This document shows positions 23,001 to 40,355 of a DNA stretch of 64,000 nucleotides, one piece after another. How positions within the stretch are numbered: the first letter of the stretch is position 1; every line of letters begins with the position of its first letter. A program made the position numbers and the translations under genes. The notes beneath the pieces are model-generated. The model ran no database searches. It was not told where the DNA came from and saw only the letters and a program-made list of their open reading frames with translations. The stretch comes from Macrostomum hystrix (lineage: Eukaryota; Animalia; Platyhelminthes): NCBI GenBank assembly GCA_950097015.1, contig CATNEN010000005.1:372001-436000 (forward strand), read 5' to 3'.

Positions 23001-26000
23001 AAGGCTACAGCTTTATCTGGGGATCAGGGGAAGGCTACAGTTTAATCTGGGGATCTGGGTAAGGCTACAGCTTTATCTGGGGATCAGGGGAAGGCTACAG
23101 TTTAATCTGGGGATCTGGGTAAGGCTACAGTTTAATCTGGGGATCTGGTTAAGGCTACAGTTTAATCTGAGGATTTGGTTAATGCTACCGTTTAATCTGG
23201 GGATCTGGAGAAGGCTACAGTTTAATCTGAGGATCTGGGTAAGGCTACAGTTTAATCTGGGGATCAGGGGAAGGCTACAGTTTAATCTGGGGATCTGGGT
23301 AAGGCTACAGTTTAATCTGGGGATCTGGTTAAGGCTACAGTTTTATCTGGGGATCTGGGTAAGGCTACAGTTTAATCTGGGGATCTGGGTAAGGCTACAG
23401 TTTAATCTGGGGATCTGGGTAAGGCTACAGTTTTATCTGGGGATCTGGGTAAGGCTACAGTTTAATCTGGGGATCTGGGTAAGGCTACAGTTTTATCTGG
23501 GGATCTGGGTAAGGCTACAGTTTAATCTGAGGATCTGGGTAAGGCTACAGTTTAATCTGGGGATCTGGGTAAGGCTACAGTTTAATCTGAGGATCTGGGT
23601 AAGTCTGGGTAAGGCTACCGTTTAATCTGAGGATCTGTGGAAGGCTACAGCTTTATCTGGGGATCAGGGGAAGGCTACAGTTTAATCTGGGGATCTGGGT
23701 AAGGCTACAGCTTTATCTGGGGATCAGGGGAAGGCTACAGTTTAATCTGGGGATCTGGGTAAGGCTACAGTTTAATCTGGGGATCTGGTTAAGGCTACAG
23801 TTTAATCTGAGGATTTGGTTAATGCTACCGTTTAATCTGGGGATCTGGAGAAGGCTACAGTTTAATCTGAGGATCTGGGTAAGGCTACAGTTTAATCTGG
23901 GGATCAGGGGAAGGCTACAGTTTAATCTGGGGATCTGGGTAAGGCTACAGTTTAATCTGGGGATCTGGTTAAGGCTACAGTTTTATCTGGGGATCTGGGT
24001 AAGGCTACAGTTTAATCTGGGGATCTGGGTAAGGCTACAGTTTAATCTGGGGATCTGGGTAAGGCTACAGTTTTATCTGGGGATCTGGGTAAGGCTACAG
24101 TTTAATCTGGGGATCTGGGTAAGGCTACAGTTTTATCTGGGGATCTGGGTAAGGCTACAGTTTAATCTGAGGATCTGGGTAAGGCTACAGTTTAATCTGG
24201 GGATCTGGGTAAGGCTACAGTTTAATCTGAGGATCTGGGTAAGTCTGGGTAAGGCTACCGTTTAATCTGAGGATCTGTGGAAGGCTACAGTTTAATCTGA
24301 GGATCTGGGTAAGTCTGGGTAAGGCTACAGTTTAATCTGAGGATCTGGGTAACTCTGGGTAAGGCTACCGTTTAATCTGAGGATCTGTGGAAGGCTACAG
24401 TTTAATCTGGGGATCTGGGTAAGGCTACAGTTTAATCTGGGGATCTGGGTAAGGCTACAGTTTAATCTGAGGATCTGGGTAAGGCTACAGTTTAATCTGG
24501 GGATCTGGGTAAGGCTACAGCTTTATCTGGGGATCAGGGGAAGGCTACAGTTTAATCTGGGGATCTGGGTAAGGCTACAGCTTTATCTGGGGATCAGGGG
24601 AAGGCTACAGTTTAATCTGGGGATCTGGGTAAGGCTACAGCTTTATCTGGGGATCAGGGGAAGGCTACAGTTTAATCTGGGGATCTGGGTAAGGCTACAG
24701 TTTAATCTGGGGATCTGGTTAAGGCTACAGTTTAATCTGAGGATTTGGTTAATGCTACCGTTTAATCTGGGGATCTGGAGAAGGCTACAGTTTAATCTGA
24801 GGATCTGGGTAAGGCTACAGTTTAATCTGGGGATCAGGGGAAGGCTACAGTTTAATCTGGGGATCTGGGTAAGGCTACAGTTTAATCTGGGGATCTGGTT
24901 AAGGCTACAGTTTTATCTGGGGATCTGGGTAAGGCTACAGTTTAATCTGAGGATCTGGGTAAGGCTACAGTTTAATCTGGGGATCTGGTTAAGGCTACAG
25001 TTTAATCTGAGGATTTGGTTAATGCTACAGTTTAATCTGGGGATCTGGAGAAGGCTACAGTTTAATCTGAGGATCTGGGTAAGGCTACAGTTTAATCTGG
25101 GGATCAGGGGAAGGCTACAGTTTAATCTGGGGATCTGGGTAAGGCTACAGTTTAATCTGGGGATCTGGTTAAGGCTACAGTTTTATCTGGGGATCTGGGT
25201 AAGGCTACAGTTTAATCTGATGATCTGGGTAAGGCTACAGTTTAATCTGGGGATCTGGTTAAGGCTACAGTTTAATCTGAGGATTTGGTTAATGCTACAG
25301 TTTAATCTGGGGATCTGGAGAAGGCTACAGTTTAATCTGAGGATCTGGGTAAGGCTACAGTTTAATCTGGGGATCAGGGGAAGGCTACAGTTTAATCTGG
25401 GGATCTGGGTAAGGCTACAGTTTAATCTGGGGATCTGGTTAAGGCTACAGTTTTATCTGGGGATCTGGGTAAGGCTACAGTTTAATCTGAGGATCTGGGT
25501 AAGGCTACAGTTTAATCTGGGGATCTGGTTAAGGCTACAGTTTAATCTGAGGATTTGGTTAATGCTACAGTTTAATCTGGGGATCTGGAGAAGGCTACAG
25601 TTTAATCTGAGGATTTGGTTAATCCTACCGTTTAATCTGGGGATCTGTGGAAGGCTACAGTTTAATCTGGGGATCTAGGTAAGGCTACAGTTTAATCTGG
25701 GGATCTGGGTAAGACTACAGTTTAATCTGGGGATCTGGGTAAGGCTACAGTTTAATCTGGGGATCTGGGTAAGACTACAGTTTTATCTGGGGATCTGTTG
25801 AAGGCTACAGTTTAATCTGGGGATCTGGGTAAGGCTACAGTTTAATCTGGGGATCTGGGTAAGGCTACAGTTTAATCTGGGGATCTGGGTAAGACTACAG
25901 TTTTATCTGGGGATCTGTGGAAGGCTACAGTTTAATCTGGGGATCTGGGTAAGGCTACAGTTTAATCTGGGGATCTGGGTAAGGCTACAGTTTAATCTGG

Positions 26001-27005
26001 GGATCTGGGTAAGGCAACAGTTAAGTCGGACAATTTGATTAATCTAAAAAACTCACCTTCTAATAGTGCAGATTTTACCTCCTCCAAAGGTGCTAGGCTT
26101 CGATAAGGCCTAGCGCAAACCGTTGAAGTCTTGTCCATTCCAGCATTGTGGGAGCCGGTTCCCCCGCAACCTGGCAGATAGTACAACAGACTGCGTCTGC
26201 CAACTTTTGCTAAACTGTCCCACAATGGTTCGATGCCCAATTCAGTGTGAAGATGAGACATGAGACCCGGCGAACTCTTATTAAATGTTACATTTAATAA
26301 CGGATCGTAGTTCTCGTTTCCAATTAGACCGTGATGAAGAGGGTAGACGCCTAAATATATTTGTTTAGATAAAAACGTTAACTTTGTTATTTAATCCATA
26401 GATAAGAACTCTCATTAGGCCATAGATAAGCACACTTATTAGGCCATAGATAAGTACTCTCATTAGGCCATAGATAAGCACACTTATTAGGCAATACATA
26501 AGCACACTTATTTGGCCATAGATAAGCACACTTATTTGGCCATAGATAAGTACTCTCATTAGGCCATAGATAAGCACACTTATTAGGCCATACATAAGCA
26601 CACTTATTTGGCCATAGATAAGCACACTTGTTTGGCCATAGATAAGCACACTTATTTGGCCATAGATAAGCACACTTATTTGGCCATAGATAAGCACACT
26701 TATTAACACATAAACAACAACTCACCAGTGAATATAGAGTAGATATTGGGCAGGCACAAGCTGGGATAAACTGGTCTCAATGGGATAATAGAGGCTCCTT
26801 GTTTTCGCAGTCGACTAAATCCTGTCAGGCCGTCATCCAACGGATAATCCCAGCGAAGTCCATCTAGCAGCATGACAAATAGTGGTGCCGGAGTAGCAGC
26901 CGGTAGCTTCTTCGCAGCTGTTGCATGGAAACTGCCTAGCAACCAACAACAGGCTAGTAGAAGGAAATATTCAATGTTAGAAAAAGCCAGCTGTTTGCGA
27001 AGCAT
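20076..27005 (-). CDS. ENPP6: ENPP6-like ectonucleotide pyrophosphatase/phosphodiesterase (alkaline-phosphatase superfamily) with signal peptide and GPI-type C-terminus
   Basis: Exons 26726-27005, 26057-26350, 21757-22118, 20076-20663 (phases 1,1,0). Motifs LLDGLRWDY, YPSLCLPNIYSIFTG, HGLIGNENYDP, YYLPGC, ADLVVLYVDLLDWSGHRYGP, MGDHGM and GWHGYDP; YYxPGC and ADLxxxY are ENPP6-like. Hydrophobic C-terminal tail. Confidence 0.85.
20700..21690. repeat. 29-bp minisatellite filling ENPP intron 3
   Basis: ACCTGACACTCTGGAGCTCAGGCTCTATT. Confidence 0.95.
22145..26010. repeat. 30-bp minisatellite with higher-order blocks, filling ENPP intron 2
   Basis: GGGATCTGGGTAAGGCTACAGTTTAATCTG; identical variant blocks 640 bp apart (23182 and 23822). 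Confidence 0.97.
26395..26705. repeat. 24-bp minisatellite in ENPP intron 1
   Basis: CCATAGATAAGCACACTTATTTGG. Confidence 0.93.
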
Positions 27006-27474
27006 TTAAGATCAAATCGATCCCTTTTAAACCGTTAGGGATCAATGTTAGGACGCGAATATCTGAAAAGATCGAAAATTGAAAGAGAAAAAACTTTTGC
27101 TAAGCAAAGCTAATATACAGACACTCAGCAGACACATAAAACTTGCTACAAGCAAACTTGCTATCATATAAATAAAATCGATTCCATATAAATTTCTTTT
27201 CAACACCAGTCGATAACACTGAAAATAAGACAATATCTCATATCACAGCGATATAGCGAAACTGTAACTTTTTCTTAGCAAAATATTATTGCTTATAATC
27301 CTACTATACACTTGCTAGGCAAAATAAATGGCTTGACAAACGCTGGCGCCTATAGAACCAAGGAACGATAAAAACCCTTGATGCAATTCTAACCACGAGT
27401 ATTGAAGCATTTCTCGAGATAAGGCTAATTTTAATTTTAGCAGTCAGACGTTGTAATGATAGCTTGGGTTTTGC

Positions 27475-30400
27475 CTGTGATTCTTGCCGCTACGATTCCT
27501 GCTGCGATTCCTGATGCAATTCTAACTACGATTCTAGCTGCGATTCTAGCTACGATTCCTGCTCCGATTCTAACTACAATTGCTTCTACGATTCCTGCTA
27601 CGATTCCTGATGCGATTCTAACTACGATTCTAGCTGCGATTCCAGCTACGATTCTAGAGCTACGATTCCTGCTCCGATTCTAGCTACAATTGCTGCTGCG
27701 GTTCTAGAGCTACGATTCCTACCGCAATTATAGAGCTACGATTCCTGCTGTGATTCTAGAGCTACGATTCCTGCTGCGATTCTAACTACGATTCTAGCTA
27801 CGATTCTAGAGCTACGATTCCTGCTCCGATTCTAACTACAATTGCTGCTACGATTCCTGATGCGATTCTAACTACGATTCCTGCTGCGATTCTAGAGCTA
27901 CGATTCCTGCTGCGATTCTAGAGCTACGATTCCTGATTCGATTCTAACTACGATTCTAGCTGCGATTCCAGCTACTAGAGCTACTAAATCTAGAGCTACG
28001 ATTCCTGCTCCGATTCTAACTACAATTGCTGCTACGATTCCTGATGCGATTCTAACTACGATTCCTGCTGCGATTCTAGAGCTACGATTCCTGTTGCGAT
28101 TCTAGAGCTACGATTCCTGCTGCGATTCTAGGGCTACGATTCCTGCTGCGATTCTAGAGCTACGATTCCTGATTCGATTCTAACTACGATTCTAGCTGCG
28201 ATTCCAGCTACGATTCTAGCTGCGATTCTAGAGCTACGATTCCTGATTCGATTCTAACTACGATTCTAGCTGCGATTCCAGCTACGATTCTAGCTGCGAT
28301 TCTAGAGCTACGATTCCTGCTCCGATTCTAGAGCTACGATTCCTGATGCGATTCTAACTACGATTCTAGCTGCGATTCTAGCTACGATTCTAGAGCTACG
28401 GTTCCTGCTCCGATTCTAGCTACAACTGCTGCTGCGATTCTAGAGCTACGATTCCTACTGCGATTCTAGAGCTACGATTCCTGCTACGATTCCTGATGCG
28501 ATTCTAACTACGATTCTAGCTGCGATTCCAGCTACGATTCTAGAGCTACGATTCCTGCTCCGATTCTAGCTACAATTGCTGCTGCGGTTCTAGAGCTACG
28601 ATTCCTACCGCAATTATAAAGCTACGATTCCTGCTGCGATTCTAACTACGATTCTAGCTACGATTCTAGAGCTACGATTCCTGCTCCGATTCTAACTACA
28701 ATTGCTGCTACGATTCCTGATGCGATTCTAACTACGATTCCTGCTGCGATTCTAGAGCTACGATTCCTGCTGCGATTCTAGAGCTACGATTCCTGATTCG
28801 ATTCTAACTACGATTCTAGCTGCGATTCCAGCTACTAGAGCTACTAAATCTAGAGCTACGATTCCTGCTCCGATTCTAACTACAATTGCTGCTACGATTC
28901 CTGCTGCGATTCTAGAGCTACGATTCCTGTTGCGATTCTAGAGCTACGATTCCTGCTGCGATTCTAGGGCTACGATTCCTGCTGCGATTCTAGAGCTACG
29001 ATTCCTGATTCGATTCTAACTACGATTCTAGCTGCGATTCCAGCTACGATTCTAGCTGCGATTCTAGAGCTACGATTCCTGATTCGATTCTAACTACGAT
29101 TCTAGCTGCGATTCCAGCTACGATTCTAGCTGCGATTCTAGAGCTACGATTCCTGCTCCGATTCTAGAGCTACGATTCCTGATGCGATTCTAACTACGAT
29201 TCTAGCTGCGATTCTAGCTACGATTCTAGAGCTACGGTTCCTGCTCCGATTCTAGCTACAACTGCTGCTGCGATTCTAGAGCTACGATTCCTACTGCGAT
29301 TCTAGAGCTACGATTCCTGCTACGATTCTAGAGCTACGATTCCTGCTCCGATTCTAACTACAATTGCTGCTACGATTCCTGATGCGATTCTAACTACGAT
29401 TCCTGCTGCGATTCTAGAGCTACGATTCCTGCTGCGATTCTAGAGCTACGATTCCTGATTCGATTCTAACTACGATTCTAGCTGCGATTCCAGCTACTAG
29501 AGCTACTAAATCTAGAGCTACGATTCCTGCTCCGATTCTAACTACAATTGCTGCTACGATTCCTGATGCGATTCTAACTACGATTCCTGCTGCGATTCTA
29601 GAGCTACGATTCCTGTTGCGATTCTAGAGCTACGATTCCTGCTGCGATTCTAGGGCTACGATTCCTGCTGCGATTCTAGAGCTACGATTCCTGATTCGAT
29701 TCTAACTACGATTCTAGCTGCGATTCCAGCTACGATTCTAGCTGCGATTCTAGAGCTACGATTCCTGATTCGATTCTAACTACGATTCTAGCTGCGATTC
29801 CAGCTACGATTCTAGCTGCGATTCTAGAGCTACGATTCCTGCTCCGATTCTAGAGCTACGATTCCTGATGCGATTCTAACTACGATTCTAGCTGCGATTC
29901 TAGCTACGATTCTAGAGCTACGGTTCCTGCTCCGATTCTAGCTACAACTGCTGCTGCGATTCTAGAGCTACGATTCCTACTGCGATTCTAGAGCTACGAT
30001 TCCTGCTACGATTCTAGAGCTACGATTCCTGCTCCGATTCTAACTACAATTGCTGCTACGATTCCTGATGCGATTCTAACTACGATTCCTGCTGCGATTC
30101 TAGAGCTACGATTCCTGCTGCGATTCTAGAGCTACGATTCCTGATTCGATTCTAACTACGATTCTAGCTGCGATTCCAGCTACTAGAGCTACTAAATCTA
30201 GAGCTACGATTCCTGCTCCGATTCTAGAGCTACGATTCCTGATGCGATTCTAACTACGATTCTAGCTGCGATTCTAGCTACGATTCTAGAGCTACGGTTC
30301 CTGCTCCGATTCTAGCTACAACTGCTGCTGCGATTCTAGAGCTACGATTCCTACTGCGATTCTAGAGCTACGATTCCTACTGCGATTCTAGAGCTACGAT

Positions 30401-30500
30401 TCCTGCTACGATTCTAGAGCTACGATTCCTGCTACGATTCTAGAGCTACGATTCTAGCTGCGATTCTAGAGCTACGATTCTAGAGCTACGATTATAGCTA
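27475..30500. repeat. Complex 12/14-bp CpG-rich satellite with higher-order structure
   Basis: TACGATTCCTGC, TGCGATTCTAGC and TACGATTCTAGAGC units; marker GCTACTAGAGCTACTAAATC at 27971, 28831, 29493 and 30179. Confidence 0.95.
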
Positions 30501-31774
30501 AAAATTGTGCATCTAGACTTCAGTCTTTTAACTTTAATAAAGAGATGAGTAATAAAACTTACTAAACTTAGAAAATGAGTAAAAATCTGGCAAAGTTGCA
30601 ACTGGCCAAATTAATAATAGGTAGTCCATGTGTTTAATATATTTTCTAACAATTTCGTATTACTCGTCAATGATACTGAAGAGCTGGATTTGTAAATCCG
30701 GTTAAACAATTATTTAATATATCTTTATCTATAATAGGGAATCAGACGAAAACTTATTAAATATAATATTACAAAACACCTTTGGACCTGAATACAACAG
30801 GACGTGCATACTGTGGCATGGGCATACAATGTGTCTTATTTCAATTTGTATACTTTATACATTCAGTGGTATAAAGAACACGTTGGCAATTTGAAAATAA
30901 AAAACAGACCCACACAGATACTAATAAGCAAATAAACAAACTTCAACAATAGTCCTTAAAGTGGCTGCATGATTAAAAAGCTACAATACAAGCCAATGAT
31001 CTAGTGTCTACTTATATCAGTAGGTACAATTTTATTAAAAACGCTACCGAAGCGCATATTCTCAGAAAACAAAAAAAAACTGTATATCGTCTCAATACTA
31101 CTTAAAGTAAAAATATTAGAAAATTATGTAATTTTTTGGTCAATATTAAACAACGGGTAAGATTAAGTAAAGGAATAAAACAATATAGTTTAAGTAGGCC
31201 GGCTTCAAAACTGGGACAAAAAGGACGACAGAAATTGTCGTACAATGGTCTGGACTGGCCGAATTGAAAAAAAAACAACGGAAAGCCTCGTAGAAAAAAA
31301 CGAATATTCTTAAGCTACAATCATGGACAAATTGGGAGGGGTAATGGAAAAAAAATTTACGATTTTTACCGAATAAACATTTATAATAAATTATTTTCAT
31401 TTGTGTAAAAATAGAATATTATGGAAAAAATCTGCATATATTAGAAATGGAACAACAGGGCAAAAAAGGATTAAAACAAAACACTTGGAATTGGTTGAAG
31501 TAAAACAAAACAATAAGTGGTCGCTTGCGTCTTAACAAAATCAATGGAATTGTTGATTTTCAAAAAAATCGATTAAGTTGAAATCGCCGATTAAAAAATG
31601 CCCGAAACACAGTTTTAACAGGCAAGCGGAACACAGTCTGTAGCAAATGACACACGTGGATGAAATATTGTTTGTTGGAAAATGTACTTTTATAAGCAAT
31701 AGACTTTTAGTTTTATAAGGGCCAGTGTACATTGATTAGTGTACATTACACTTGGGAGGGCGGCTGGGTGGGGA

Positions 31775-32320
31775 GGGTATATTGTACATTCGGTTTCGCA
31801 GTGTACATTGGGGTTGGGTGGGGAGGGCCAGTGTACATTCGGTTTTAGCAGTGTACATTGGGGTTGGGTGGGGAGGGCCAGTGTACATTCGGCTTTAGCA
31901 GCGTACATTGGGGTTGGGTGGGGAGGGCCAGTGTACATTCGGCTTTAGCAGCGTACATTGGGGTTGGGTGGGGAGGGCCAGTGTACATTCGGTTTTAGCA
32001 GTGTACATTGGGGTTGGGTGGGGAGGGCCAGTGTACATTCGGTTTTAGCAGTGTACATTGAGGTTGGGTGGAGAGGGCCAGTGTACATTCGGCTTTAGCA
32101 GCGTACATTGGGGTTGGGTGGGGAGGGCCAGTGTACATTCGGCTTTAGCAGCGTACATTGGGGTTGGGTGGGGAGGGCCAGTGTACATTCGGTTTTAGCA
32201 GTGTACATTGGGGTTGGGTGGGGAGGGCCAGTGTACATTCGGCTTTAGCAGCGTACATTGGGGTTGGGTGGGGAGGGCCAGTGTACATTCGGTTTTAGCA
32301 GTGTACATTGGGGTCGGGTG
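31775..32320. repeat. 50-bp minisatellite, each unit carrying a G-quadruplex motif
   Basis: GTGTACATTGGGGTTGGGTGGGGAGGGCCAGTGTACATTCGGTTTTAGCA, 10 full units from 31801. Confidence 0.95.
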
Positions 32321-32424
32321 CTAATAAACCTTGAGCACAGAGTCTGTAATGTTCTCTATTAATTATTGTCCCTCCTACCTATCTAGATCTGTCTCATGTT
32401 AGTCTAATAAAAAATATCGGAATC

Positions 32425-38256
<5,832 letters not shown>

Positions 38257-38920
38257 CTAACCTAAAGGCTGGAATAGATTTTAAGTCAATTTAAGTTAAT
38301 CGAATTTTACCAAATATATATTAATACAACAATTATTAAAGTAAAGACAACAATTATTATATTTAATTTTTTTTAAATCATTGGCCTCCTCATTGTTCTC
38401 ATGCCCAGTCTACACATTGAGTTGGTTGGCTGCCCTTGTGTTTGGCTAACCTCATTTGTTTTACCCTTATTGGTTAAAGTGTAAATCCATTTCATTTGTA
38501 CTCTAGCTGCATCCCACTGTCTACTATTTAAGCCTGCATACTATATTTACACCATTTCTGGCTTTGTTTAAAAAAAATTATTAAAAAATACCTGTATTTT
38601 AGCAAGGTACTTTTTTGCTTAAATTATGCTAACAGAAAGATGGAATAAGAAATGGCTTTACAATATTTTATAGATAGACAATCAGCCAGTTTATCTAAGT
38701 ATATTGTTCCTTGTTGCAATAGTCAAATTTATAATCAGTTAAGATTTTAAAGATATGTTGGCCCTATCTTAACAAAAAATCTGTAACAAAAATACTAGTA
38801 GCAGCACTTGTTATAGGGGCCTAACATATTATTGAACGTTATTTTATGAGCTTAGCAACTTTGTCCAACTCGGAATATTATGACACTTCTTCCTACAGTT
38901 AATGTATTATACATTACCTG

Positions 38921-39206
38921 TCGGCATATTCCAACAGTTATTCAGACTCGAAAGTCAGTTTGTTTAAATACACGCTCAGACAGTTTTTCCGACTACGAAT
39001 TACACGCATACATCTAATAAGCTCTCAGACAGTTATTCCGACTCGAAATTAACTGTCAGAATTAACATTTTATTAGTTTCTTAACTAGCTTAATAGCTTA
39101 ACATCCGACAGTTAATTTTGAGTCGGAATGACTGTCTGAGAGTGTATTTAAACAAACAGACTTTCGAGTTGGAATAACTGTTAGAATAACTGTCGGAATA
39201 TGCTGA
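38921..39206. mobile_element. Foldback/MITE-like long inverted repeat upstream of coronin
   Basis: Left arm TCGGCATATT...ACTCGAAAGTCAGTTTGTTTAAATACAC...ATTCCGACTCGAAATTAACTGTC is mirrored by 39105-39206; AT-rich spacer. Confidence 0.7.
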
Positions 39207-39745
39207 TCTAATGAGGTCTCACTCTCATAGTCATGATATGACAATACAATGACTATATTACACACACCTTTAAAAGCAAAAATAAAAGAGTAACTGTAAA
39301 TACGACATTCATAAATAATAGATACTGTGCTTTAATAGGAAATTCTGCATTTTCGGGTTACTGCCGTCAGAATCAAAGATAAAAAAATAACATCTAAGCC
39401 AAGGCTACAATAGGTAGTTCCCGATGGCGGTACACAGTTTCTTGATTCTTCATGTTTTAAAAAAGATGTGGAAAATGCCTCATATTATTACTTACAGCAG
39501 TTCAAGCATTCAGATTTGTTTATGTGATACAAAAGTTGTGTGTTTATTATATACAATAAAACGAATATACGAAAAAAAAATACATTTTTGTTCTAATGAA
39601 CTGTCAACGGCGTTATGACACCAAACTCGAAGCATGTAGTTATTTTAATATTGCTAAAATTAATTAAATTACATAATATTACTTAGTTAGTTTACTGGAA
39701 CAGCTAGTAAACGACGTTAAGGGGTTGTAAACTTATGGGTGCATA

Positions 39746-40355
39746 TTGACTTAACTTTTGACTTAGCTGCAGGGCGGTCCCATAGAGGGACTCAGCGGGA
39801 AGACGATGCCGCCCATTCCGCTAGTCCCTGAACGACCGACGCACTGTCACAGACGAGGAGTTGGCGTCGCCCAGGGAGGTCCCTCGGAGTCGCTCTCCGC
39901 AGCCACGTCGCTCCCTGGAAGAGGGAGTTCAGCTCTGCGGGGGGCCCGAAGGTATAGCGCATATGAGTTTTCGGGTTTACATGCTTCCTGGATGGAAATG
40001 TGTGGCCCGAGATAGGTCATTCTGTCCCGCATGAAGGCGAAGCAGATGCTGACAAAATGTTCAGCGGTTTTGTCACCTGAGTTGCAAAAACTACAGGTAG
40101 CGTTGGTAACATTGCCCTGCAGGTATTGGTGCCTGCATGGTGAAGCACCCATGCCCAGATAGGGTCATGGTGGCCGCTCGGATGTCCTTGCGCGGGAGAC
40201 GCAGAAGGAGGTTCCGGAGTTTGCGGGAGGGCTGCGGAACAGCCTCTCTAGACTGCCTGCAGTTGTTGCAGTTCGCCCAGAGCGAGTAGTGCTGTAGTTT
40301 TCACCGACGCTTTGATGCGCGAGGTGATGACACAGTTTGGGACCGGAAAAATATA
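39746..40355 (-). mobile_element. 5'-truncated non-LTR retrotransposon (I/R1/Jockey-like ORF2 C-terminus plus 3' UTR)
   Basis: Frameshifted WANCNNCRQSREAVP...LLRLPRKDIR...LSGHGCF...YLQG...TCSFCNSGDKTAEHFVSIC (CCHC knuckle); short AAGTCA-type terminal repeats. Confidence 0.8.

Noticed and set aside
23182-25678. LQFNLGIWVR repeat ORFs
   Set aside because: 30-bp intronic array antisense to ENPP; no splice or homology support
27456-27683. 75-aa hydrophobic repeat ORF
   Set aside because: Edge of the 12-bp satellite; the frame collapses as soon as 14-mers appear
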